Shown here one piece after another: positions 54,669 through 64,000 of a DNA stretch of 64,000 nucleotides. The stretch comes from an uncultured Verrucomicrobiae bacterium. Its GTDB lineage: Bacteria; Verrucomicrobiota; Verrucomicrobiia; Chthoniobacterales; UBA10450. Made by a program: the position numbers and the translations under genes. The number at the start of each line of letters is the position of its first letter. The first letter of the stretch is position 1. The notes below the pieces were generated by a model. The model made no database searches. It was not told the DNA's origin and was given only the letters and a program-made list of their open reading frames with translations. The stretch covers positions 416,001 to 480,000 of the forward strand of contig CAWFGO010000003.1 of the NCBI GenBank assembly GCA_963815455.1, read 5' to 3'.

Positions 54669-54901
54669 AATGTTTGTTCTCTCTCGTTTTATGTCTCGCG
54701 GTTTTGCCGCGTTACATCGTTGGTGTGAACAGGTTGAACCTCCGGGTCAAGACCTTTCGCTCGCGACCGGCAACCGCACGCCTCAAAGACACAAAAATTT
54801 CTCACCGCGCATTGCACCGCGGCACACCCCGCTTTTTCATCCGCGATATCCGGGGTTGTCTGTCCTAGCTACAAAAAGCGGTTTCCAGTTACATTCGTCC
54901 G

Positions 54902-55685
54902 ATGCGTTTTCGACCTTTGATCACTGCTCTCGGACTGAACGCCGTTCCGGCGTTGGGCTGGTTCGTGGGCGACTGGTCGGCCGGGACAACCCTGGTGCTC
55001 TACTGGCTCGAAACGCTTATCGGCACATTGCTCCTCAGCCGTCCGGATCATCATTCATCGGCGAATCCACCCCAGCAAAGGACATTGGGATTATCACGCG
55101 CCGCAAGGTCAGTCAGCGCAGACAACCACAAGCAGTGGCCGCTCTACTTATCTCGCGGCGTTCCTCGTTCCGGCCCTGGTCTTCACCTTTGCCCATGGAA
55201 TTTTTCTCGGCGTGCTCGGCTTCATCGCGATCAAGAATAGCGTGAGCCCTAACGAAGCCAGGGTCAACGTCCACGATTTGCTTGCGGGTCTCATCGGAGT
55301 CGGCCTGTTCCAAGTGGCCGATTTCATCTTCGATCTCACCTGGATAAGAAACCGGCCGTTCGCCTGGATTGAGAAACTCGGCCAGATAACCCTCGCTCGC
55401 GTCGTCGTCGTTCACCTAACGATCATTGGCGGCATGGCGGCTGTCATGTTCACCGGCGCGAATAGAAACTTCTTCGGCGTCTTCATCTTCCTGAAAACGA
55501 TGCTCCAGTGCAGCATCGTCCTCCCGCAATACCAACCCAAAACGCCGCCAGCCTGGCTCTCCGGCATCATGGACCGCATCGGATCGCCGAAGTACAAGAA
55601 CGAAAGCTTTGCCCAGTTCTGGAAACAAACCGACGACCACGAAGAAGCCCGAATTGCTCGCAACGAAAAGGCGATGGAGAAGTGA
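54902..55685 (+). CDS. DUF6498-like membrane protein; indels around 55035-55160
   Basis: NAVPALG...W...LVLYWLE in the first frame; RVVVVHLTIIGG, LKT in the last frame. Confidence 0.65.
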
Positions 55686-55733
55686 CGAGAAGCTGATGTG
55701 ACGCGGCTCGGCTGGTGCGCTATGCTTCCTCGC

Positions 55734-56318
55734 ATGAAGTTGATCCGACTCGCCTTGGTTCTCTTTGTTTCCGGCGTTCTCGCAACGCAGACGGTGAGCG
55801 CGGCTGAGCCTGCCGCTCCGGAAGACACCGAGCTGGCGGTGGGAAAAAAAGCGCCGTTGTTTACTCTCAAGGATCAAGCGAACCGCGACGCCTCGCTTGA
55901 ATCGCTGCTCAAGAAGGGCCCGGTGGCGCTGGTCTTTTTTCGGTCGGCGGATTGGTGACCATTTTGCCAGAAGCAGTTGGTCCAACTGCAAGCCAGCTTG
56001 AAGGAACTGGAAGCGACCGGCGGCCAGGTCGTGGCCATTAGTTACGATTCCATGGATGTTCTCAGCCGGTTCGCCACGAAACATTCGATCACCTACCCTT
56101 TGCTCTCCGATGCCGGCAGCAAAACCATCGAGGCCTACGGAATTCTCAACCGGGAAGCACAGGGTCGTGCCAAAGGAATCCCTTACCCAGGCACGTTCGT
56201 CGTCGGAACCGACGGGGTCATTCGCGCGAAATTCTTTTTGGAAGGCTACAAGGAGCGTATCGATCCCGGGTCGATTCGCGAGGCGGTGCAGAAGGCGAAC
56301 GCGGAAAGTAGAAAGTAG
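55734..56318 (+). CDS. Exported AhpC/TSA thioredoxin-fold protein with in-frame TGA, probable selenoprotein (UPFC)
   Basis: ORFs 55698-55958 and 55977-56318 are in the same frame: APLFTLKD...VFFRSADW-TGA-PFCQKQL...AISYD...LLSD...PYPGTFVV. Confidence 0.85.
55973..55989 (+). promoter_or_regulatory. Bacterial SECIS-like hairpin
   Basis: GCAGTTG-GTC-CAACTGC, starting after a 14-nt spacer following the TGA; apical G-U. Confidence 0.7.
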
Positions 56319-56376
56319 CAATAACTCATGACTAATCGCTTGCTCGCTCTCAGCCGCTCCGCGATAAAATGACGCG

Positions 56377-57840
56377 ATGGCCACCGGCATTCAGTGCGTT
56401 CCAATGATCATCGATGGCAAACCGGTTTCAACCGCCCGCACCTTTCCCGTTATCAATCCCGCCACCGGCGTCTCCTTTGCCGACGTTGCTGCCGGAGATA
56501 AATCTCATCTCGATGCCGCAGTAGCGGCGGCTCGCGCTGCCTTTCCAAACTGGAGCGCGACCGCCAATGCCGAGCGCCAGCGTCTGCTACACGCCATCGG
56601 CGACGCGTTGCAGACGAACATGGCCGAGCTGATGGAATTGGTGACGAAAGAAACCGGCAAGCCGTTAAAAGGATTGAATGGCGTTGGTGCCGGGATGGAG
56701 GTCGGTGGCGCGATCGCGTGGACACACGCCACGGCCGATCTGACACTGCCGGTGGACCTCATTCAGGATAACGATGAGGCGCGCATCGAGGTGCACCGCA
56801 AACCTCTTGGCGTAGTCGGCTCCATTCCGCCTTGGAACTGGCCGCTCATGATCGGGATCTGGCATGTCATTCCCGCGCTGCGCGCCGGCAACACCGTTGT
56901 CATCAAACCATCCTCGTTAACACCGGTGGCGACCGCGAAGTTCGTCGAGCTGGCTAACGAAATTCTGCCCCCGGGTGTGTTGAGCGTGATCACCACGCCG
57001 TCCGATTCCGGGGTCGGACCGGCGATGGCCAGGCACGCCGGTATCGACAAGATGGTTTTTACCGGCTCGACCGCTACCGGAAAAAAGATCATGCAAGACG
57101 CGGCCGGCAATCTCAAACGTCTGACTCTGGAACTTGGGGGCAACGACGCCGGCATCGTGCTGCCGGATATCGATCCCAAAACAATCGCGCCAAAACTGTT
57201 TGGAGTGGCCTTCCATAATAATGGGCAAACCTGCGCGTGTCTGAAACGGTTGTATGTCCATGAAAGCATCTACGACTCCCTCTGCGTCGAGCTTGCAAAA
57301 ATCGCGAAAAAGGCGGTTGTCGGCGATGGTTTAAACGCGGAAACCGAACTGGGTCCTCTGCAGAACAAGGCTCAACTCGCCTACGTCGAGGAATTGGCCG
57401 AGGACGCCCGCGCCCACGGCGCGCGGATTCTTTCCGGCGGCGGGGCCAGACAAGGCGACGGCTATTTCTTTGAGCCGACAGTCGTGGCCGACGTGACCGA
57501 CGGGGTTCGGCTCGTGGACGAAGAGCAGTTCGGTCCCATCCTGCCCATCATCAAATATTCCGATATTGAGGACGCAATTCGCCGTGCCAATGCCAGCCCG
57601 AATGGACTCGGCGGTTCTATTTGGTCTAACGACATAAAAAAGGCCGCGGAGCTGGCCAGTCGCCTGGAGTGTGGCACGGCCTGGGTAAACGAGCATGGGG
57701 CCATTCAGCCAAACGCGCCGTTCGGTGGAGTCAAACAATCAGGGATCGGAGTCGAGTTCGGAGAATATGGCCTGGAGGAAAATACCTCGATCCAGACGTT
57801 GAAGATCATGAAGGTACGTCCGGGTTCTTTCGCAGCCTAA
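56377..57840 (+). CDS. Aldehyde dehydrogenase
   Basis: PWNWP, KPS, FTGS, LELGGND, GQTC, EEQFGP, PFGGVKQSG. Confidence 0.95.
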   Translation: MATGIQCVPMIIDGKPVSTARTFPVINPATGVSFADVAAGDKSHLDAAVAAARAAFPNWSATANAERQRLLHAIGDALQTNMAELMELVTKETGKPLKGLNGVGAGMEVGGAIAWTHATADLTLPVDLIQDNDEARIEVHRKPLGVVGSIPPWNWPLMIGIWHVIPALRAGNTVVIKPSSLTPVATAKFVELANEILPPGVLSVITTPSDSGVGPAMARHAGIDKMVFTGSTATGKKIMQDAAGNLKRLTLELGGNDAGIVLPDIDPKTIAPKLFGVAFHNNGQTCACLKRLYVHESIYDSLCVELAKIAKKAVVGDGLNAETELGPLQNKAQLAYVEELAEDARAHGARILSGGGARQGDGYFFEPTVVADVTDGVRLVDEEQFGPILPIIKYSDIEDAIRRANASPNGLGGSIWSNDIKKAAELASRLECGTAWVNEHGAIQPNAPFGGVKQSGIGVEFGEYGLEENTSIQTLKIMKVRPGSFAA

Positions 57841-58111
57841 CGATAATCGGCATTGTGTGGGGGATGCTTCACGCGGCTTCGGAACCGAGCGTCACCCGTT
57901 AGGCGACGGCAGGCTGCGTAAAATACCATTCGCGTTAATCTGTGTTTTGCCGCGCGGTAGCCGCAGCGAAGGCGGGTGTTTCGCGGGTGCTTTTTCATGC
58001 TGCGGCTGACACATCCGCCACTGCATCTATTATTGAACAATTCGGGCTACGCATGCGTCTCTCTTGCGGAGGGCTGCAAGATCGATGGGTAGGAGAAATG
58101 TAACGGGAAAA

Positions 58112-59407
58112 ATGCTTCGGATCGGGGGTTTCTTTTTTCTCTTTTTCTCGGTTTCGCGCGGATTCGGCGCAGAGGATACCCCGGATACAGTGGCGAAATA
58201 TCTGGCGGGATTGATGGTTCCGGCTGCTTCGGCCGACGCACCGCAACAGCTATCAGGTCCCGATCCCCAATCTGCCCAAGTTCGTCCGGCACTCCCCACC
58301 GCTACGTCGAGTCCTATTGCGATACGGGTTCGCAGGCCCGGATCACTAATTGCCGTTCGCCGATATCTACCCGCGCCAACCGATCGCGGGTCCGCAACCC
58401 CTCGACCTGCGTCTTCAACCAGCCGGTCAACCGCTCAACCCGCCAACAATCCGTGGCTGACGCACTCGACCGAGTTGGACCAAGCCTGGAAACGGACCGA
58501 ACAGCAGCAGCTCGCAAATATTGCGACCTGGGCGCCGCAAGTTTTGGACGGAGCTTATCAAGCGGACACCACGGTGTTCTATATGTTTAGCGGGCCGGAT
58601 TTTCTTTACGCGCACGCGTTTTTCCCGAATGCGCGCACCTACATCTTTTGCGGGAACGAACCCGTCGGCACGCCGCCCGACTTGGACAAGATTGCACCGC
58701 AAGCGCTGCCCTACGCGCTGGCCAACATCAGGAAATCGCTGGAGTCGGTGCTGAACTGGAGCTTCTTCATCACCAAAGAGATGAAGACCGATCTGACTCG
58801 CACCGATCTGAGCGGGACGGTTCCTCTTCTTTACGTCTTTCTTGCCCGGATGCGTTGCGCGATTGAATCGGTTACGCCGGTGACGATCGACCGCGAAGGA
58901 AATCTGAGCGAGGGAAATGCGAGCGAACAAACCCCCGGGATCCGGATTGTGTTTACGAACGGTTCGCCGTCGCCACAAACGCTCTATTACTTCTGCAGCG
59001 ATCTGTCGGATGACGGCGTGAAGTCGAACCCGGCGTTTCTACGTTTTTGTGAGAAACAAGGACGGGGAGTGAGTTTGCTTAAAGCCGCTTCCTATCTCAT
59101 GCACGAGCCGGGATTCTCGAAAGTGCGCGAGTTTCTGCTGGAGCACAGTAGTCTCATTCTGCAGGACGATTCCGGCATTCCGCTGCGGTTTCTGGCGGAA
59201 AAGGGATGGAACGTCCGCTATTGCGGTCAATACGTCGGTCCGATCGAGATCTTTAAGCAGCACTGGCAACCGGATCTGGCCGATAATTACGCGCGCCAGG
59301 TACCATCGCCGTTGTCGTTCGGGTTTGGCTATCAATGGCAACCGGATCGGTCCGATGTGATGATCGCCACGCCGCCGGGAATAAGGGAAGTGGCGAGCGG
59401 CGAGTGA
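58112..59407 (+). CDS. Hypothetical secreted protein, paralog of 63185-64000
   Basis: Signal-like N-terminus, P/S/T-rich linker, YMFSGPDFLY, KAASYLMH, QDDSGIP motifs shared with the paralog. Confidence 0.75.
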   Translation: MLRIGGFFFLFFSVSRGFGAEDTPDTVAKYLAGLMVPAASADAPQQLSGPDPQSAQVRPALPTATSSPIAIRVRRPGSLIAVRRYLPAPTDRGSATPRPASSTSRSTAQPANNPWLTHSTELDQAWKRTEQQQLANIATWAPQVLDGAYQADTTVFYMFSGPDFLYAHAFFPNARTYIFCGNEPVGTPPDLDKIAPQALPYALANIRKSLESVLNWSFFITKEMKTDLTRTDLSGTVPLLYVFLARMRCAIESVTPVTIDREGNLSEGNASEQTPGIRIVFTNGSPSPQTLYYFCSDLSDDGVKSNPAFLRFCEKQGRGVSLLKAASYLMHEPGFSKVREFLLEHSSLILQDDSGIPLRFLAEKGWNVRYCGQYVGPIEIFKQHWQPDLADNYARQVPSPLSFGFGYQWQPDRSDVMIATPPGIREVASGE

Positions 59408-59490
59408 CGCGATTGGTTGATGGTTGAGATGTTGTTGGCGCGGCGGGCGAAGTTTCTCGACGAATTGGATTTGCCCGGCAGAGTGGAGTC

Positions 59491-60543
59491 ATGAGCGATG
59501 GAAATCCGCCTGATCCGTCGGCAATCCTGCAAACTGCGTTTGGTTTTTGGTCCTCCAAGGTTTTGCTCAGCGCGGTCGAGCTGGGCGTCTTTACGGCGCT
59601 CAAGGACCGGAAACTGACCGGAGCCGAACTGGCCAAAGAGGTCGGGGTACATCCGCGCGCGATCAGTGATTTTTTTGACGCGCTCGTAGCGATGAAGTTC
59701 TTGGAGCGCGAAGGCAAATCGGAAAGCCATTCGGCCGGTGAATCGACCGCCCGATATTTCAACACGCCGGCCGCTGCGTTGTATCTCGACCGGAATTCTT
59801 CGCGGTATGTCGGCGGTATTCTGGAGATGCTCAATGCGCGGCTCTTCAAGTTCTGGAACGATCTGCCGGAAGCATTGCGCACGGGCAAACCGCAGAACGA
59901 GATCAAACACGCCGGCAGGGGAATATTTGAAGTGCTTTATGCCGATCCGGCCGGCCTGGAACAATTCCTGGGCGGAATGACCGGGTTATCGCGTCTGAAT
60001 TTCGAGGCCTTTGCCAACAAGTTTGATTTCAGTGGGTACAAGACTTTATGCGACGTGGGTGGCGCGACGGGGTTGTTGTGCACGGAAGTAGCAAAACGGC
60101 ATCCGCACATGCGGTGTGTGTCCTTCGATCTGCCGGTAGTTGAACCGATCGCCAGGAGAAGCATCGCCGCAGCCGGCCTGACGGATCGTGTTTCCACGGC
60201 CGGTGGCGATTTCTTTGCCGATCCCCTGCCCAAGGCGGACGTGATCACCATGGGAATGATCCTGCACGACTGGAACCTGGAGCGGAAAATGCGTCTGATC
60301 CGCGCAGCTTACGACGCGTTGCCGGCGGGCGGTGCCTTCGTTGCCATTGAAGCGTTGATCGACAACGCCAGAAGGGAAAATGTTTTCGGTCTTCTGATGT
60401 CGCTCAACATGTTGATCGAGTTCGGCGAGGCGTTCGACTATTCCGCAAAAGATTTCGAGGGATGGTGCCGGGAGGTGGGATTTGGACGGTTTGAGACGAT
60501 TCATCTATTTGGACCATCCAGCGCAGCGATCGCCTACAAATAG
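59491..60543 (+). CDS. O-methyltransferase with dimerisation domain (Methyltransf_2)
   Basis: AVELGVF, DVGGATG, FDLP, GDFF, ILHDW. Confidence 0.92.
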   Translation: MSDGNPPDPSAILQTAFGFWSSKVLLSAVELGVFTALKDRKLTGAELAKEVGVHPRAISDFFDALVAMKFLEREGKSESHSAGESTARYFNTPAAALYLDRNSSRYVGGILEMLNARLFKFWNDLPEALRTGKPQNEIKHAGRGIFEVLYADPAGLEQFLGGMTGLSRLNFEAFANKFDFSGYKTLCDVGGATGLLCTEVAKRHPHMRCVSFDLPVVEPIARRSIAAAGLTDRVSTAGGDFFADPLPKADVITMGMILHDWNLERKMRLIRAAYDALPAGGAFVAIEALIDNARRENVFGLLMSLNMLIEFGEAFDYSAKDFEGWCREVGFGRFETIHLFGPSSAAIAYK

Positions 60544-60549
60544 GATTCG

Positions 60550-63079
60550 TTATTCCGTTCGGAGCGCCACCATGGGATTGATGCGCGTGGCTCGTCGCGC
60601 GGGCAGCCAGGTGGCGAATAGCGTCGCTGCGGCGAGAACAGTCAGCGCGCCGGCGAAAGCCGGCGGATCGAACGCGCCGACTTCGAACAAAATGCCGCTA
60701 AGTATCTTTCCGGCCGCGGCGGAGAGAAGAAGACCGAGACCGATCCCGGAACAGAGCATTATGGTGCTCTCGCCCATGATTAATCGAAACACCATTCCGG
60801 GTTGGGCGCCGAGGGCCATGCGAATCCCGATCTCGCGGGTGCGTCGCGCAACCGAATAGGCTTTCACACCGTAAAGACCCACCGCGGCCAGAGCGAGCGC
60901 AAGCCCTCCAAAGATGGAGAACATGGCGGCGCCGGCACGAACCAGCCAGAGATCGAGATTCGAATCGAGAAACTGGGCAAATGTTTGCAGGGTGATGATC
61001 GGAATCGATGGATCGACATCGTGTACGGTGCGACGCAACAGATCGGCGGTGGCGGTTTCGTTTTCGGGAGCGAGCGAACGGAACCTGACGAAAAAATGAA
61101 ACGTCACTTTGGAATCCGCGCGCGAAGGGCAGATAAATGGCGCCGTCGGGCTCTTCGTTGGCGAAAAGATCGTGCCGCGTTACCGGCACAATGCCGACGA
61201 TCTCGATCGTCTCGTCCTGTTTTTCCTTTTCTCCGGCGTATTGAACGCGCTGCCCGAGCGCGTCACCATTTGGCCAAAGTTTTTTTGCCAGCTTTTCATC
61301 GATGATGGCCACCTTCGGTCCGGGGCTTGTCGCTTCCGCGTCGGTGAATGCGCGCCCGCGGAGCACAGGCAATCCAACGGTTGAAAAATAATCCGCGCCC
61401 ACGCTGTTCCAGGCCGATTTGAAAGCGAGACCTTCAGCCGCGGTTGCGGGCCGGGCATCCGGGCCGGGATTAACCCCGGCGCGCTGAACGTTCTTGTCCG
61501 ACGAAATGATTCCGAGCGGAACTGTCGCACTAATGCTCGCGTGTTCCACGCCCGGCAGCGCGGCCAGCCGCGCATTCAGAGTTTGATAAAGTTCCCGGGC
61601 GCGTTGGGGTTCGTAACCGGCCAGGCTGGCATCGACTTCGAGAAGAAAACTCGCGCCCGGTCTGAGCCCGGTGTCGATCGACGCCGCTTTGCCGGCGCCG
61701 CGAACGAACAAGGCGGCCGCGGTCAGCAAGGCGAGCGAAAATGCAATTTGGACGACGACGAGCGGGTTTCGCGGAAGAAATTTCCAGCGACGATGTACGG
61801 CATCTTCGCCGGCGTGTGCTTTCAGGTCGGTCACGACCGCGGTGCGAGAAATTTTCAAGGCTGGCCCGAGCGCGAACATGAGCGTGCCAAGTAGACAAAA
61901 CCCAAATGTCGCAGCCAATATTGCGGGATCGGCACCGGTCGACCACACCACATCGAGCGGCATCAGCCGGCGCATCGAGGCTACGAGCAAACTCGACGAC
62001 CAGAGTCCAAGAACGAGTCCGCCGGCGCCTCCCAGCAAAGCCAGGAGAAGACCTTCGCTGAGAAGCTGGCGAACAATGCGGCCTCGGCTGCCGCCCAGGG
62101 CGAGGCGGATTGCGATTTCCTTCCGGCGCGCCGCGCCGCGCGCGAGCAACATGTTGGCAAGATTGAGACAGGCCACGAGCAGGACAACCACCGCCATGCC
62201 GAGAAGGAGCGGTGCGATTGCTTGCATTCCTTTGTCGGTTGCCGGGCTGTTGCCCACGCTGTTACGCGGTACCGGGGTCGCCATGAACGTCTGGTCCTGT
62301 TGCTCCACCGGATAGGCTTTTTCCAAATTGGCGGCCAGCGTTTCGAGGGCAGGCTTCGCCGAGGCGGCGGTCATTCCCGGTTTCAACCGGCCGATGATAC
62401 GCAGCTGCGTTCCGCTGCGATCGTTCAGGGTAGTCTTTTCCCTTGTCCCAAAATCGTTAGCGACCAGATCGTAATCGCTCATCGGCAACCAGACTTCCGG
62501 GGACAGAATTTGCATCGTGCCGGCAAAACCTTTGGGCGCGATCCCGACGATGGTGAACTGCCGGCCGTTGATCGTTAATTGTGAGCCGAGCATCGCCGAA
62601 TCGAGGCCGTGCCTTTGCCAGTAACTGTAACTGACGATGGCGACCGGAGCGTTACGGCCGGGCGGCTCCTCTTCGGGAAGAAATGCTCGGCCCCGCGCGA
62701 GCGGAACACCGAGGACAGAGAAGTAATTTGAAGTGACGACTGCCGCGAACGCGCGACGGGTATCGCCTTTCTGGCCGAGACCGACCAACGCCAGATTGAA
62801 ACTCAGCGCGTCGGTCAGGACCGTGTTTTGTTCGCGGATATCGAGATAAGTCGGGTAAGAAAAACCGCGAAACTTCTTTGGGTCTTTCTTGTTCTGGGAA
62901 AAGAGCTGCACCATTTCGTGCGGCCGGGCGTAAGCCGGTGGAGCGAAAAAGAGTCTATTGACCAGGCTGAACACGGCGGTATTCGCACCGATTCCAAATG
63001 CGAGGACGAGCATGGCGGCGATGGTGAAGCCCGGCGCTTTCACGAGTTGCCGGAATGCGAATCGAAAATCCTGGATCAT
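60550..63079 (-). CDS. Duplicated MacB/FtsX-type ABC permease (ADOP-like); indel near 61095
   Basis: QDFRFAFRQL..PGFT, GIGANTAVFS, LLVACLNLAN, RRTREIGIRMALGA, PARRA..INPMVALR. Confidence 0.92.
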
Positions 63080-63184
63080 GTGATGTCTCTCCTACTCATG
63101 AGATGCATCCAAGTCGCCAAATGGATTCAGAATCTACAGACTGGGACGCAACCGTTTTGGTACGGAGTCTGCGACTGCCACCGG

Positions 63185-64000
63185 TCACCTGCGCCTTGCG
63201 ATCATGAGGAGTCCGCGCTCTGCTTGCCACCAGTAGCCGAAGGCGAAACCGAGCTCGGGCGGAGGATTTTTTCGGTAAATCTCGGCCAGTTCTTTTTGAT
63301 CGTATTTCCCGAACTTTTCGCCATGCGGAAAGAAGCGCCCGTAGAATTCGAGAGCCCAGCCTTTGCGAAAGGCCCGCAGCGGAATTCCGGAGTCGTCTTG
63401 GACAATGACGCTGCTGTGTTCGAGGAGAAAATTGCGGACCCCGGCGAATCCTTCGCCGTGCATGAGGTAGGAAGCAGCCTTCACCAGACTAAGCCCCGGT
63501 CCGCGCGCCGCGCACCATCGCAAAAAAGCGCTGTTGCCGCCCGAGAGGTTGGTTTTGAAGTAATACAAGGTCTGTGATCGACCACTACGGCTAAATGTGA
63601 TCTTGACGCCTTCGGCGGGACTCCGGACGTAGGTAGTATCAATCACGGTGCAACCGAGCCGGGCCAGGAATACGTACAGAATCGGAAGCGTTCCGCCGAG
63701 ATTGCTGCGCCCAAGGCTCGCTTTCATTTCCTCGGTCACAAAATAGTGGGTAATCAGCAAGGTGCTCATCGAGTTGCGCAAAGCCGCCAGATCGTTCCCC
63801 AACGTGGCCGGATTCATGCGAGAGAGGTCTGGCACCTGGCCGACCGGCTCCAGACCGGCAAGGATGTAAGTGTTTGCGTTTGGAAAAAAGGTGTAGGCGT
63901 ACAGAAAATCCGGACCGCTGAACATGTAGTACATGGTGTTCGAGCTGCGATAGGAGGCACCGGCATGCGCCTTCATCCAGGAAGCGATCGGTTCCAGTTG
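63185..64000 (-). CDS. Hypothetical protein, 3' part, paralog of 58112-59407
   Basis: YMFSGPDFLY, GLEPVG, KAASYLMH, QDDSGIP, FGYWW; open to the window edge. Confidence 0.75.
   Translation of the reverse strand, partial: QLEPIASWMKAHAGASYRSSNTMYYMFSGPDFLYAYTFFPNANTYILAGLEPVGQVPDLSRMNPATLGNDLAALRNSMSTLLITHYFVTEEMKASLGRSNLGGTLPILYVFLARLGCTVIDTTYVRSPAEGVKITFSRSGRSQTLYYFKTNLSGGNSAFLRWCAARGPGLSLVKAASYLMHGEGFAGVRNFLLEHSSVIVQDDSGIPLRAFRKGWALEFYGRFFPHGEKFGKYDQKELAEIYRKNPPPELGFAFGYWWQAERGLLMIARRR

Noticed and set aside
46803..64000. Genomic island or prophage integrated at tRNA-Val
   Set aside because: No integrase, phage genes or distal att copy were seen in the window; it cannot be excluded beyond the edge

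Overview
A GC-rich bacterial chromosome segment, most likely Verrucomicrobiota (Chthoniobacterales/Spartobacteria-like); this is inferred from gene content and protein signatures, not proven. It carries a kynurenine-pathway cluster (kmo, kynA, kynB, ACMSD, nbaC) with a vapBC pair and a Rieske oxygenase, then hinT-nrdR, pssA-psd, gyrBA, tRNA-Leu(TAA), pgsA-der, a moxR-DUF58-batA-E operon, pilMNOP-like genes, cstA, valS, murI, glyQS, tRNA-Val(CAC), a YtrA/GntR-ABC operon, a probable selenoprotein and several accessory genes. Many single-base frameshifts, including in essential valS and glyQS, look like long-read indel errors. The most notable signals are: (1) a 450-bp element in which a small GIY-YIG nuclease is bracketed by (C)GTC-tagged palindromic inverted repeats, with four nuclease-less copies elsewhere in the window, a candidate autonomous/non-autonomous mobile system; (2) GTAG-tagged palindromes that supply stop codons, nest inside one another and sit in-frame inside proteins; (3) a UxxC thioredoxin-fold selenoprotein with a SECIS-like hairpin; (4) 91-bp tRNA-like tandem repeats after tRNA-Val; (5) phased NrdR-box-like motifs upstream of gyrB.
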